64,000 nucleotides of DNA from an uncultured Actinomycetota bacterium (GCA_963747085.1 CAVVDX010000001.1:1131987-1195986); one strand, 5' to 3'. Counted from the stretch's first letter, positions 1-10,841 are shown. Translations and numbers: made by a program. The notes: generated by a model from the sequence alone, not told the origin.

Positions 1-725
1 ACGCGGACGTGGCCGCCGAGGGACATCGCGAGCGACAAGAGCTTCCACTGCGTCGGAGGGTCCATCACGCTCAGGTTCCAGTTGACACCCTCGGGCAGGT
101 GGTGGTGCAGGTAGAGGATGGAGTCCGGCGTGGGCGGGGTCCAGGCGCCACCCGGCCAGCCGACGAGCAAGGTCGCCCAGATCGGGTCGTCGAGCAGGCC
201 CTGGCTGCGCACGAACTCGAGGTTCCAGAACGCACCTGAGTAGAAGCACTCGATCTCCGGCTTCACGCCATGCTTCTGCGCCGCGGCGCAGAAGGCGACG
301 AGCTCGTCACGGGGGTGCAGGGAGTACATCTCGTTGGCCGGGTAGGCCGGGTCCGGGCGGAAGTACTCGTCGTGGACGTTGAAGGCGTAGGACATCATGT
401 CCGGCCGCAGGTCCATCAGGCGGATCTTCTCATCGAGGCGCGCGCTGGCGATGCCGAACTGCATGATCGGGTCACGCTCTGAGCGGATCGTGTCGGTGAG
501 CTTCTTCCAGCCCTCGAAGTCGATCTTGGAGAGCTGCTTGCCGTCGGGGCTGATCGACCGCTCGAGGTAGTGCACGCCGTGGTGGTGGACGAGCGACGCC
601 CCGGCGTCGATGGCGCGCACGTACTCGGCTGCCACCGCGTCGGTGTCCTCGATCGCGGGCATGTAGGGGTTGCCTGGGTAGGACATCGACGAGTCGACGG
701 TCACGGTGATGATCAGGTCGTCCAT
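1..725 (-). CDS. BKACE / 3-keto-5-aminohexanoate cleavage family protein (DUF849), 3' end outside window
   Basis: Hand translation from ATG 725 (GAAAGGAA RBS): MDDLIITVTVDSSMSYPGNPYMP...AIDAGASLVHHHG...GVKPEIECFYSG...MSLGGHVR; AGAxxxHxH, PExE and GGHVR motifs. Absent from the ORF track because it has no stop in the window. Confidence 0.85.
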   Translation of the reverse strand, partial: MDDLIITVTVDSSMSYPGNPYMPAIEDTDAVAAEYVRAIDAGASLVHHHGVHYLERSISPDGKQLSKIDFEGWKKLTDTIRSERDPIMQFGIASARLDEKIRLMDLRPDMMSYAFNVHDEYFRPDPAYPANEMYSLHPRDELVAFCAAAQKHGVKPEIECFYSGAFWNLEFVRSQGLLDDPIWATLLVGWPGGAWTPPTPDSILYLHHHLPEGVNWNLSVMDPPTQWKLLSLAMSLGGHVR

Positions 726-763
726 CCGGGTTGGTTTTCCTTTCGTGTCAGGGGTGCACGAGC

Positions 764-1765
764 TCAACGGGACGGCCGGATCACGGCTTTCCCCGGGACC
801 CTGCCGTTGCGCAGCGAGTCGAGCGCGGCGTTGATCTCCTCGAGCGGCCAGGCCGAGATCGGCGGCGGCGAGACCGTACCTGCGGCGACGAGCGAGAGCA
901 CGTCCTCCAGGTCGGCGCGCGCGCCCGAGCGCACGCCGCGCAGGGTCAGCTCGCGCCGCGCCAGCGGCGCGAGGTCGAAGCCCGGCAGGTTGCTGTAGCC
1001 GGCGCAGATGTAGACCCCCCGCGGGCGCAGCAGGGCGATCGCCCCCGGCACGGCGGCGGGGTCGCCGGCGCAGTCGAGGACGACAGCGAAACTCGGCTCC
1101 AGCTCGGCGCACGTCGCCGTCCCGCTGAAGCCCAGCTTCTCGGCGACCGCGCGCCGCGCGCGGTTCGGCTCGACGACGACGACCTCGCGCCCTGCCGAGC
1201 GCAGCAGCTGGGCGGCCATCAGCCCGAGCGGTCCGGCGCCGAGCACGAGGGCAAGGCTGCCGCCGTAGCTCCAGTCGCCGGCGGCGACGCGCGCCGCGTT
1301 GCGTGCCGTGGCGCCGGCATCGACCAGGCTGGCCGCGACCGCGTCGTCGAGGGTGGGTGGGATACGCACGAGCTGCTTGACCGAGAGGGGCACGAGCCCG
1401 GCGAAGCCGCCCGGCAGGCGGTCGACGCCGACGGATCGCCGCGCCACGCTCGCACAGCCGCTCGTCGCCGTGACGGCAGGGATCGCAGACCCCGCACCCC
1501 CGGAACAGCGTCGGCACGACACGCTCACCGACGAAGGCCTCGCCGCTCGCGCCGCCGGCGGCGATCACAGTCCCGGCGAGCTCGTGACCGAGCACGAAGG
1601 GGACGTCCGGACGGTACGACTCGCCCGCCATGATGTGCAGGTCTGTGCCGCAGATCCCGCACGTGGAGACGGCGACCAGCACCTCGTCCTCGGCCGGTGT
1701 CGGCTCGGGGATCTCGTCGAGGGCGAGCCGCGCGACGGGATCGCCGTCAGCAGCGCCGCCCTCAC
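764..1765 (-). CDS. Zinc-dependent alcohol/polyol dehydrogenase (MDR family), two apparent frameshifts
   Basis: Pieces in three frames: MRAALLTAIP / CGICGTDLH, GHELAG, CGVCDPCRHGDERLC / VLGAGPLG...GKAVIRP; shifts near 1730 and 1435. Confidence 0.85.
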
Positions 1766-1790
1766 CGGCTCCTCGCCCCCGGGCGCTGAG

Positions 1791-2609
1791 TCATCGCGCC
1801 TCGATGTGCCGGATGCGCTCGAGGAGCAGCTTGCCGAACTCGTCGAGCCGGTCGACGACGCGGTGCGTCGGGCCGGTCAGCCCGGCGGCCCCGACGAGGA
1901 TGTTGCCGTTGACGAACACCGGCGTGGCGACGCAGCAGCCGCCGACGAAGGTCTCGTCGACGTCGAGGGCGTAGCCGCGCTCGTGGACCTCGGTGAGCAT
2001 GTCGCGCAGCTGGAACGGTCCCTCAGCCGCACGCGTCGTGCCCTCGTGGTAGTCGAGCCGGCCGAGCACGACATCGAGCGTCCCGGGGGCGAGCGCCGAG
2101 AGGTACGCCTTGCCGACCGCCGAGGCGTTCATCGGCCGGGCGCTGCCGATCGACTCGCGCACACCGACCAGGTGGTCGGTCGGGAAATAGGCGGCGTAGA
2201 GCATGCGGTCGGTGGCCGGCACGGCGAACAGCGTCGACTCGCCGGCAAGGTCGCGCAGCTCGCGCAGCGCCTGGTGCAGCGGGCGACCCCAGTCGCCAGT
2301 GGCCGCCTCGTGCTCGGGCGCCGCGCCGTCGGCGACCTCGGCGCCGTCGAAGGCCCGCCCAGAGCCGGGCCGACGCAGCGCGTCGGCGCGCAGCTCGAAG
2401 CTGCGCGACCCGCTCGCCCGCGCGACGTAGCCGGCGTCCTCGAGCTCGCTCAACAGCCGCTGGGCGGTGCTGCGGTTGACGCCGAGGGCCCGTGCCGCGT
2501 CGGCGACGGCGAGCGGGCCGTCGCCGAGCAATTCGAGCAGGCGAAGGCCGCGCAAGAGAGGAGAGCGCTGCTTGCTCCGCTCCGGCTGCGCTCTGCCGAT
2601 GTCGTTCAC
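1791..2609 (-). CDS. IclR family transcriptional regulator
   Basis: RGLRLLELL...LGVNRSTAQRLLSELEDAGYV HTH; SAVGKAYL and ERGYALDVDE...CVATPV effector domain; GTG overlaps the upstream TGA. Confidence 0.9.
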   Translation of the reverse strand: MNDIGRAQPERSKQRSPLLRGLRLLELLGDGPLAVADAARALGVNRSTAQRLLSELEDAGYVARASGSRSFELRADALRRPGSGRAFDGAEVADGAAPEHEAATGDWGRPLHQALRELRDLAGESTLFAVPATDRMLYAAYFPTDHLVGVRESIGSARPMNASAVGKAYLSALAPGTLDVVLGRLDYHEGTTRAAEGPFQLRDMLTEVHERGYALDVDETFVGGCCVATPVFVNGNILVGAAGLTGPTHRVVDRLDEFGKLLLERIRHIEAR

Positions 2610-3545
2610 GCGGACACCCGCGGCGAGCTGCCCCCGCCCACCGTCCCGGCGCCGCCGCCCTGCGTGACCCCGTCGGTCCCGTCGTCTTCGTCGTCCTCGT
2701 CGTCCTCGTCGTCCTCGTCGTCTTCGTCGTCCTCGTCGTCCTCGTCGTCCTCGTCGTCCTCGTCGGCCTCGATGGCGCCCTCGCGTTGCTCGGCCGCGCC
2801 GAGGATGCGCACGAGCTCCTCGACGGAGGTGAGTTCCTTGGGGACGTCGCCGGCGACCCGGCCGCGCTCGAGGATCACGACACGGTCGACGATCGAGTGC
2901 AGGTGGTTGATGTTGTGGTCGATGTAGAGCACGCCGTGCCCGGCGGCCTTGGCGGCGCGGATGGCGGCGAACACGTGCTCGGTCTCGCGGACCGACAGCG
3001 CCGCGGTGGGCTCGTCGAGCAGCAGCACCCGGGCGCCGAAGTAGACGGCGCGGATGATCGCCAGCGACTGGCGCTCGCCGCCGGAGAGGCCGAGCACGCG
3101 CTGGTCGGCCGATCGCACCCGGCGGATGCCGATCCTCGAGAGCTCGTCCTCGGAGACGGCGCGCATCTCCTTGCGGCGCAGCAGCTTGAACGGTCCGTAC
3201 TGGCGGCGCAGCTCCTTGCCGAGGAAGAAGTTCCGCCACACGCTCAGCTCGTCGATCAGCGCGAGATCCTGATACACCGTCTCGATGCCGAGGGCGCCGC
3301 GCCTCGGCCGGCGAGGCGAAGCGCCGAGGTTCGCCGAAGACGCGGATGGTTCCCCTCGTCGGCTGGTAGTACCCCGTGACCACCTTCATGAGCGTCGACT
3401 TGCCCGCGCCGTTGTCGCCGAGCAGGCCGACGACCTCGCCCGGCATCACCCTCACATCGACGTGGTCGAGGGCGCGCATGCCGCCGAACTCCATGCTCAC
3501 GTCGACGAGCTCGACGAGCGGGACCTGGGCTTCGCCGGCGGTCAC
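2606..3545 (-). CDS. Sugar ABC transporter ATP-binding protein with acidic (EDD)9 tail, one frameshift near 3290
   Basis: GDNGAGKS Walker A, VYQDLAL, LSGGERQ, LLLDEPT; GTGA overlap with the permease stop. Confidence 0.88.
2681..2761. repeat. 9-bp tandem repeat GTCGTCYTC x9 (encodes EDD x9 on minus strand)
   Basis: Nine contiguous units counted; two carry a synonymous C>T. Confidence 0.95.
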
Positions 3546-4587
3546 CGTGCCGCTCCGAGCCTCGCGAGGAGCACGCCGAGCCGGTTGAGCCGGACGTTGA
3601 CGAGGACCGCGACGATCAAGATGGCACCGATCATCGCTTCGTAGAGATCGCCGGGCGCTCCGACGAGGACCAGGCCGGTGTCGAGCACACCGAGGATGAT
3701 CGCGCCGAACATGGTGCCGACGATCGAACCCTCGATCCCGAACAGCGAGGTGCCACCGAGAACGGCGGCGACGATCGCCAGCAAGTTGTTGGTCGCGCCG
3801 CTGCCCGGTGCGGCACTGCCGACGTTGGCGAACACGCAGCAGCCCGAGAATCCTGCGAGCAGCGCGCAGATGCAGAAGTTGATCGTCTTCACCCGCCGGA
3901 TCGGCACGCCGAGCGCCCGTCCCACCCCGGCACGACCGCCGGCGGCGAAGCACCAATTGCCGAACGCCGTGAAGTTGAGCACCACGGCGAGCAGCGCCGT
4001 GAAGCCGACCATCCAGAAGACCGGCGCGGAGAACCCGCTCGAGCCGAACGACCCCCCGAGCAGCGAGAACAAGGTGCTGTGGTTGGTGTCGATGACCGGG
4101 TCGCCGCCCGTGATGACGAAGGCGGCGCCGTCGAGCAGGAAGTACGACCCGAGGGTGGTGATGAAGGACGGGATCCCGGTCCTCGTCGTGATGACGCCGT
4201 GCAGCAGCCCGAACGCGAGCGGCAGCAGCAAGGAGACGAAGAAGGCCGCCCAGATGTTGAGCGACGCCTTCTGCATCAGCTCGCCCATCACGATCGGCAC
4301 GATCGCGAACATCGAGCCGACCGAGAGGTCGAATTCTCCCGAGATCATCAGCAGGGCAACCCCGACGCCGGTGATCCCGAGCGGGGCGGCGACGGTGAAG
4401 ATGCCCGCCAGCTCGCTCGTGGTCAGGAAATCGCCCGACATTCCCTGGAAGATGGCGCCGAGGACGACGATCGCGGCGATCGCCCCGAACGCCCGTGCCT
4501 GCAGCGTGCGGCTGAGCAGCGGGGCGTAGCGGGCGGCGAACGTCGGGGGGCCTTTGCCGGGTCACCGGCTGTGATCTGTGCGGTCAT
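3542..4587 (-). CDS. Sugar ABC transporter permease (RbsC/BPD_transp_2 type), frameshift near the 5' end
   Basis: ISGEFDLSVGS, IPSFITTLG, AIVAAVLGGTSLFG; ATG 4587 joins the main frame across the G6 run at about 4545-4550. Confidence 0.88.
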
Positions 4588-4609
4588 GGCGAATTCTGCC
4601 TCGTCGTAG

Positions 4610-4653
4610 CGTCCAGCCCCCCGCCGGTCGTCTGCTTGGCGGGGGGCTGGACG
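4610..4653 (-). terminator. Perfect 16-bp stem-loop between SBP and permease genes (terminator or mRNA stabiliser)
   Basis: CGTCCAGCCCCCCGCC (4610-4625) / GGCGGGGGGCTGGACG (4638-4653), 12-nt loop. Confidence 0.7.
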
Positions 4654-4737
4654 GTGTGTCTGCCGATTGCCGAGGCGGCCTGGGCGGCCCCGCGGGTGGC
4701 CACGGGGCTCGCTAGCGGGCGCCCCAACTGGGAGCGG

Positions 4738-5768
4738 TCAGTCCCGGCCCTGGGCGACGAGCTGGCCGACGAGGCTGATGTTCTTCTGGGTGACCAGGAA
4801 GGTCCCCGTGTTGACGCTGACCGGCTGGAAGCCGTACTTCATCTCGAGGACGAGGTCCTCGACGGCGAAGTAGGACTGCAGATACGGCTGCTGGTCGAGC
4901 GCCAGCACCTCGTCGCTCGGGTGCGAGGTCATGATCGAGTAGGTCTCGGTGTCGATGTCGAACGTCGCGACGGGATCTTCATGCCGTGCTGGTCGAGGTA
5001 CTTGGCCGCGGGGCTCGCGCCCGGGTCGCCGAGGCCGACGACGCCGACGAAGTGGTGCGCCTGCAGGTACGCGCCCTCGGTCGCCTCGACGGTGGTCTCG
5101 GGGTCGTTGCCGTTGACCGTCAGGAGGTCAGTCGTGTAGCCGGCCGCGGTGAGCGCAGCCTTCACGCCGTCGTAGCGCAGGGTCAGCACGTAGGCGCCCG
5201 GGAACGGGTTGACGATCAGCACGGTGCCGCCGCCCTTGGGCAGGAAGTTGGCAAAGGCCGCGCCGAGCACGTCTCCGGAATGGTGCTCGTCCTGGCCGAC
5301 GAAGGCGAGAGTGGTCACCGCCGGGTCGGTGGTCGCCCCGCCGGACTGCGCCTCGAAGCGATTGTTGTTGTACAGGATCACCTTGATGCCGGCGGCGAGC
5401 GCTCTCAGCACCGGCGCCTGCATGGTCTTGTCGGTGTAGTCGATGGCGATGCCGTACGGATGCGTCGCGATCGCGGCGTCGATGAGCGCGATCATCCCGG
5501 CGTCCGAAGACGTGGACGGGGCCTCGTAGCGCACGGTCACCCCGTACTGTGCTCCGGCCGCGGCCGCGCCCTTGCCTTCGGTCACCCAGAAGGCGTTGTT
5601 CTGCTGATAGCCGATGACGTAGATCACGCCGCTGGCCGCCGCCGGGCGGTGGCTCGACGCTGCCCCTGCGGGCACCGTGACGGCGGCGCTCAACAGTGCG
5701 GCGAGCCCGACAGCGGCACACGCACCCCCCACCTTCAGAAGTCGTCCGCGCTTGGCACTTCTTACCAT
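4738..5768 (-). CDS. Sugar ABC transporter substrate-binding protein (PBP type 1), frameshift near 4970
   Basis: Signal peptide MVRSAKRGRLL...AGA; NAFWVTEGKG, FVGQDE, VATFD, LDQQPYLQSY; GGAGGGG RBS. Confidence 0.88.
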
Positions 5769-5783
5769 GATACCCCCCTCCTG

Positions 5784-5882
5784 TTGCGCTAAACGCACCA
5801 ATCTGGTCCGATGCGTGCAAGCAGCGTAATATCTCGGGCGTTCGGAGCGCAAGAGCTTCGAATATTGTGCATAGAACGCACA
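5784..5882. promoter_or_regulatory. Two IclR-type operator palindromes in the divergent promoter region
   Basis: TTGCGCTAAACGCAC (5784-5798) and TGTGCATAGAACGCACA (5866-5882), resembling 15-bp PcaR/PobR-type boxes; an IclR gene is in the locus. Confidence 0.55.
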
Positions 5883-5924
5883 CGCTCGCGTCGGCTGGTC
5901 GGCGTGGTGTGCATGGAGGAAGCG

Positions 5925-7082
5925 ATGAGTCCCGTCACATTCGAGCCGCAGGCGGCCCGGGGCATGGTCGTCGATGTGCTGCACGCCTACGGCGCATCAC
6001 GCCCCGCCGCCATGATCGTCGCCGACCATCTCGTCGACGCCGAGCTCTGCGGCGTGCGATCGCACGGTCTGTTGCGGGTGCCGCAGTACGTCGACGAGAT
6101 GCTGAGCGGCGAGGTCGACGCGACCGCCGAGCCTGCGCTGCTCGAGACCGGCGGGTTCCGGATCCGTGTCGACGGGCGGCGCGGCCTCGGGCAGCCGGCC
6201 TGCAGCCGAGGCGTCGCGGAGGCGATCCGCTGTGCTCGCGCCGGCGGGATCGCCCTCGTCAACGTCGACCGCATCGGCCACGCCGGCCGGATCGGCGCCT
6301 ACGCCGAGGAGCTCGGGCGGGCGGGGTTGCTCAGCTTGCTCTTCTGCAGCGGAGCCCCTTCGGGCCATCGAGTCACGCCCTTCAACGGACGGGACCCGCG
6401 ACTGTCGACGAATCCGATCGCCTACTCGATCCCCACGGGCGAGGTCCCGATCGTCGGCGATTTCTCGACGGCCGCGTCGCCCGAGGGTCGCATCCGCGAC
6501 CTGTTCAACCTCGGCCTGCAGGCGCCGCCCGACACGCTCCTCGACGGCCAAGGCCGCCCGAGCACCGACCCCGGAGTGCTGTACGCCCCCGAGCCGGGCT
6601 CGATCCTCCCGCTCGGGGGGGCCCGCCTCGGTCACCGCGGCTACGCCCTCGGGCTGCTCGTCGAGGCGTTCGCCACGCTGCTCGCCGGCGAGGAGACCGC
6701 AGACGACTCACGTTCGCAGAACAGCGTGGCGATGATCGCGATCGCCGTCGACGACGCGTACACCGCCCGAGCACAACGCATGGCGGAGTATGTCCTCAGC
6801 TCGCGGCCACGCGGCGACGTGCCGGTGATGCTTCCCGGGGCGCTCGAGAACGAGCGGCGGATCGCCGCAACGTGCGTGGAGATTGACGACAGCGTGTGGC
6901 GCAAGATCGTCGAGCGGGCGGCGCGTCGTTCGGTGGCACTGCCGTCTCCCGCGGGCGCGCCCACGCCCGCCGGCGTTGCCCCACTCGCCGGCGCAGGCCC
7001 GGCCGCCGGCGCGAGTCTGGAGGGCGAGGGCGGCGACACCGCTACGACCGGCAATGACACGACGAACGAGGTGCGGCGATGA
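5925..7082 (+). CDS. Ldh_2 family oxidoreductase (malate/L-sulfolactate/ureidoglycolate dehydrogenase-like)
   Basis: GVRSHGLLRVPQY, GHAGRIGAY, LSTNPIAY, GHRGYALGLLVE, LPG; GGAGG RBS. Confidence 0.9.
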   Translation: MSPVTFEPQAARGMVVDVLHAYGASRPAAMIVADHLVDAELCGVRSHGLLRVPQYVDEMLSGEVDATAEPALLETGGFRIRVDGRRGLGQPACSRGVAEAIRCARAGGIALVNVDRIGHAGRIGAYAEELGRAGLLSLLFCSGAPSGHRVTPFNGRDPRLSTNPIAYSIPTGEVPIVGDFSTAASPEGRIRDLFNLGLQAPPDTLLDGQGRPSTDPGVLYAPEPGSILPLGGARLGHRGYALGLLVEAFATLLAGEETADDSRSQNSVAMIAIAVDDAYTARAQRMAEYVLSSRPRGDVPVMLPGALENERRIAATCVEIDDSVWRKIVERAARRSVALPSPAGAPTPAGVAPLAGAGPAAGASLEGEGGDTATTGNDTTNEVRR

Positions 7083-7927
7083 GAGATGACACCGGCAAGC
7101 TGATCGGGATGAGCGCGTGGCTCGCCCTCGAGGACGTCGAGCAGGCCTGCGAGACCATGCGCGGGCTGGGGTTCGAAGCGTTGGCGCTGCTGTTCACCCA
7201 GGTCGGCTCGAGGCTGATCCCGGCGCGGGTGTTCGACGGCCACTACGCCGCGGCGGGTCAGGTGGTTCGCGACGCCGGGCTGGAGGTCTCCACGCTCAAT
7301 TGCATCGAGGGCGCACCGCTGTTCGATCCGTTCAGCTCCGAGGAGAGCAGGCGGGCCAGCGCCGAGCGCCTCGCCGAGCATCTGCGGCACGCAGCAGCGA
7401 TGGGGGCACCCGGCATCCTCATCTGGGACGGCGAGCTCGGCGTCGGGGACGACCCGGCCGGCGCTGCGGCGCAGCTCACCGACTGCATCGGCCGGGCGCG
7501 CGACGTCGCAGGCGCGTCCGCCGCAGAGCTCTCGGTCTCTGTGGAGCTGCACCCGTTCACCTTCGGCTTGGCGCAGCATCGGCTGGAGGACCTGGCTCAG
7601 CGACTGCCGGAGGTGGGGGCGGGGTTCTGCGTCGATTTCTGCCACTTCGGCGTGGCGCACGGCGGCGACTTCCTCGAGTGGCTGACGCCCACCGTGACCG
7701 ACGCCGTCAACGAGATCCACTACGCCGACACCGACTGTGTGACCTCGGAGTTCCACTACCCTCCCGGTCGCGGCCAGCTCGACCTCGACGCCCTGTACCG
7801 TCACTTCGCCGGCCGCGGGCTGCCTGCCGCACTCGACCTCTTCCAGTGGCCGGCGCCGCGCAGCGGGGCGCGCGAGGGGATGAAGCCCTACAGCGACTTC
7901 GTCCGCTCCCAGAAACCGGGGAGTTGA
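7079..7927 (+). CDS. Sugar phosphate isomerase/epimerase (xylose isomerase-like TIM barrel)
   Basis: SVELHP, CVDFCH, IHYADT, HYPPGRGQLD metal motifs; ATGA overlap with the upstream gene. Confidence 0.8.
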   Translation: MRDDTGKLIGMSAWLALEDVEQACETMRGLGFEALALLFTQVGSRLIPARVFDGHYAAAGQVVRDAGLEVSTLNCIEGAPLFDPFSSEESRRASAERLAEHLRHAAAMGAPGILIWDGELGVGDDPAGAAAQLTDCIGRARDVAGASAAELSVSVELHPFTFGLAQHRLEDLAQRLPEVGAGFCVDFCHFGVAHGGDFLEWLTPTVTDAVNEIHYADTDCVTSEFHYPPGRGQLDLDALYRHFAGRGLPAALDLFQWPAPRSGAREGMKPYSDFVRSQKPGS

Positions 7928-8351
7928 GGGCGAGCGAGGTGAGCGGACACCCTCGGCTGAATTTGGCCCGGCACGACCTTCCCAGCCGGCGTTGGGCGCG
8001 AGTGTCGGTGGGACGTAGATGACGGCTACGCGTCGGGCAAACCGGGTCCCCCACCTTGGCAGGACGGACACCTCCGCTGGAAGTTGTCGGAACCGTTACT
8101 TCCGTACTCGACGCCGCAGCGACCTCACCGCTACTGGCCGTGGTCTGTCTCGTGAATCCCAGTTGCCTTGATTACGGTCTGGCCATTGCGGTGGTGGTAG
8201 CCGATCTGGAGCGTCGTCCTGTCTGGTGGCGGGACGATGTGCCTCTCTGGAAACCGCTGAGATTGGGAGGAGCGTGGGATGGATCTGCGAGACGTGCGTC
8301 ACATAGCCGTTGCGAACGGCGTTCCCTTCGCCGCGCCGAGGTGAGTGACAG

Positions 8352-9338
8352 ATGCTTCGTCATCGCGATGAGTTCCCCGTCGAAGGCGTGCTGCCCAGCT
8401 TCGACGGGGCGACGACGTGGCTGAACTCTGATCCTCTGACGCCACAGGAACTGGCCGGCCACGTCGTCCTGGCCAGCTTCGGCACCTACACCTGCATCAA
8501 CTGGATTCGCTCGCTTCCCTACGTGCGGGCGTGGGCGGATAGGTACGCGGCGATGGGCCTCGTGGTGATCGGCATCCAGACGCCCGAGTTCGAGTTCGAG
8601 GGCGAGCTCGGCTACGTCGAGCGGGCCATCAACGAGATGGGCGTCCGCTACCCGGTGGTCGTGGACAACGACTATGCGGTCTGGCAGGCGTTCGACAACC
8701 ATTACTGGCCGGCGCTCTACTTCGTCGACGCTGAAGGTCGGATCCGCCACCACCATTTCGGCGAGGGTCAGTACGAAGAATCCGAGATGGTCCTGCAGCT
8801 GCTCCTGCGCGAAGCGGGGGCCGAGGTCGAGCAGGGCCTCGTGAGCATCACGCCGGATGGCGTCGAGGCGGCGGCGGACTGGTACAGCTTGGGCTCGGCG
8901 GAGACCTACCTCGGCTACCGCCGGGCCGCCGGCTTCGCCTCGCCCGGCGGTGCGGTACCGGACGAGCGTCACGTCTACTCGTCGCCGGCCGTCCTCCAGC
9001 GCAACCAGTGGGCGCTGTCAGGGGACTGGCGCGTCGGAGGGGTCCCGGTGGGGTTACACGAGGCTGGCGGCTCCATCTCCTATCGGTTCCACGCCCGCGA
9101 CCTGCACCTGGTGATGGGCCCCCCGTTGCATCACGGGACTGTGCGCTTCCAGGTGACCCTCAACGGAGATCGGGTAGGGCTGGCGCACGGCATCGACGTC
9201 GATGAGGAGGGCAACGGCGTCGCCGACTACCAGCGCCTGTACCAGCTGATTCGCCAGCCCGGGCCGGTCGCCGACCAGCTGTTCACGGTCGAATTCCTCG
9301 ACCCGATCCTCCAGGCCTTCGTGTTCACGTTCGGATGA
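8352..9338 (+). CDS. DipZ-like thioredoxin-fold protein (soluble, CINW active-site variant)
   Basis: TYTCINWIRSLPYV, TPEFEFE, NHYWPALY, SAETYLGY, QRLYQLIRQ, AFVFTFG C-terminus. Confidence 0.88.
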   Translation: MLRHRDEFPVEGVLPSFDGATTWLNSDPLTPQELAGHVVLASFGTYTCINWIRSLPYVRAWADRYAAMGLVVIGIQTPEFEFEGELGYVERAINEMGVRYPVVVDNDYAVWQAFDNHYWPALYFVDAEGRIRHHHFGEGQYEESEMVLQLLLREAGAEVEQGLVSITPDGVEAAADWYSLGSAETYLGYRRAAGFASPGGAVPDERHVYSSPAVLQRNQWALSGDWRVGGVPVGLHEAGGSISYRFHARDLHLVMGPPLHHGTVRFQVTLNGDRVGLAHGIDVDEEGNGVADYQRLYQLIRQPGPVADQLFTVEFLDPILQAFVFTFG

Positions 9339-9605
9339 TCCCGGGTTAGTTGGTGCCTCCGAGCCGCCCACGAGCCAGGCGAGCAGCTCCTTCCGACCGA
9401 AGTCTGCGGGCACCCCCCGCTCGCAGGGAGGAAGCCCGTGGACCGGGCCTCGGGGGATTCGAGGTTCCCTTCCCGGAGAGGCCGGGTAGTGGTCCTCAGT
9501 CAATGTCGCGTGAGTTCGTAGCACTTCGCGACTCGTTCGGGCTGGATCGGAATCACATGCTCCAAAGAGAATCGGCCGTGACCGACACCGAGCCGGGAGG
9601 ACACC

Positions 9606-10841
9606 ATGACCAGTGCGACCCGTGCGGGCAAGAGCACCACCCAGGACGGGGCGGTTCGTCCGTTTCGTGTCGAGATCCCCAATGACGCGATTGTCGACCT
9701 CCAGCGGCGCATCCAGGCGACACGATGGCCCGACGCCGAGACCGTTGCCGACCAGTCGCAGGGCGTGCAGTTGAAGACGATGCAGGCACTCGCTCGCTAC
9801 TGGGGTACCGAGTACGACTTCCATCGGCTCGAGGCGCGGTTGAACGCCATCCCCAATTTTGTGACCGTGATCGACGGTCTCGACATCCACTTCATCCACG
9901 TCAAGTCGCCCCATGGGAACGCCCTGCCGCTGATCATCACCCACGGCTGGCCCGGATCGGTCATCGAGCTGCTCAACGTCGTCGGCCCGCTGACCGATCC
10001 GCCGGCCTATGGCGGTAAGGCGGCGGATGCATTCCATGTGGTGCTACCGTCGATGCCGGGCTACGGCTTCTCGGGCAAGCCCACCACTACCGGCTGGGAT
10101 CCGGTCCACATCGCCCGTGCATGGGTCGTGCTCATGAAGCGCCTGGGATACCAGCACTTCGTCGCCCAGGGCGGCGACTGGGGCGCCATCATCACCGACG
10201 AGATGGGTGCACAGGCTCCTCCCGAGCTGCGCGCCATCCACTCCAACATGGCCGGAGTCGTTCCGCCCGAGGTCTCGAGGGTGCTCGCCTCCAACGTGTT
10301 AGGTGCCGGCGACCCGCGCCCCTCGGGTCTCTCGGACGGAGAGAGCCGCACGTACGACCAGCTCGACTTCTTCTTCACAAAGGGCGCCGGCTACGGAGTC
10401 GAGATGATCCAACGCCCGCAGACGTTGTACGGCCTGGCGGATTCGCCCATCGCACTCGCGGCCTGGATGCTCGATCACGACGCGCGGAGCTACGACGACA
10501 TCGCCCAAGCGTTCGTCGATGACAAGCCCGTCGACGGCTTGACACGAGACGAGGTCCTCGACAACATCACGCTCTACTGGCTCACGAACACCGGGATCTC
10601 CTCTGCTCGTCTCTACTGGGAGAACAAGCTCGGCTTCTTCGACGTCAAGGGCGTCTCGGTCCCGGCTGCTGTTTCCACCTTCGCGCGTGAGATCTATCAA
10701 GTGCCGCGGAGTTGGGCGGAGCAGGCTTACCCCGAGCTCATCTATTTCAACGAGGTGAAGAAGGGTAACCACTTCGCGGCCTGGCAGGAGCCGGAGCTCT
10801 TTACGGAAGAGGTGCGCGCTGGCTTCCGGTCGCTTCGCTAG
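9606..10841 (+). CDS. Epoxide hydrolase (EHN + alpha/beta hydrolase)
   Basis: HGWPGS, PGYGFS, QGGDWG nucleophile, GNHFAAWQEP. Confidence 0.93.
   Translation: MTSATRAGKSTTQDGAVRPFRVEIPNDAIVDLQRRIQATRWPDAETVADQSQGVQLKTMQALARYWGTEYDFHRLEARLNAIPNFVTVIDGLDIHFIHVKSPHGNALPLIITHGWPGSVIELLNVVGPLTDPPAYGGKAADAFHVVLPSMPGYGFSGKPTTTGWDPVHIARAWVVLMKRLGYQHFVAQGGDWGAIITDEMGAQAPPELRAIHSNMAGVVPPEVSRVLASNVLGAGDPRPSGLSDGESRTYDQLDFFFTKGAGYGVEMIQRPQTLYGLADSPIALAAWMLDHDARSYDDIAQAFVDDKPVDGLTRDEVLDNITLYWLTNTGISSARLYWENKLGFFDVKGVSVPAAVSTFAREIYQVPRSWAEQAYPELIYFNEVKKGNHFAAWQEPELFTEEVRAGFRSLR

Noticed and set aside
1791-4565. 924-aa ORF apparently fusing an ABC ATPase N-terminus to IclR
   Set aside because: Artefact of frameshifts and stop-poor GC-rich frames; separate GTGA-coupled starts exist.
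8030-8070. Second GGCAAACC riboswitch-like start in a long intergenic gap
   Set aside because: The rest of the consensus is absent.
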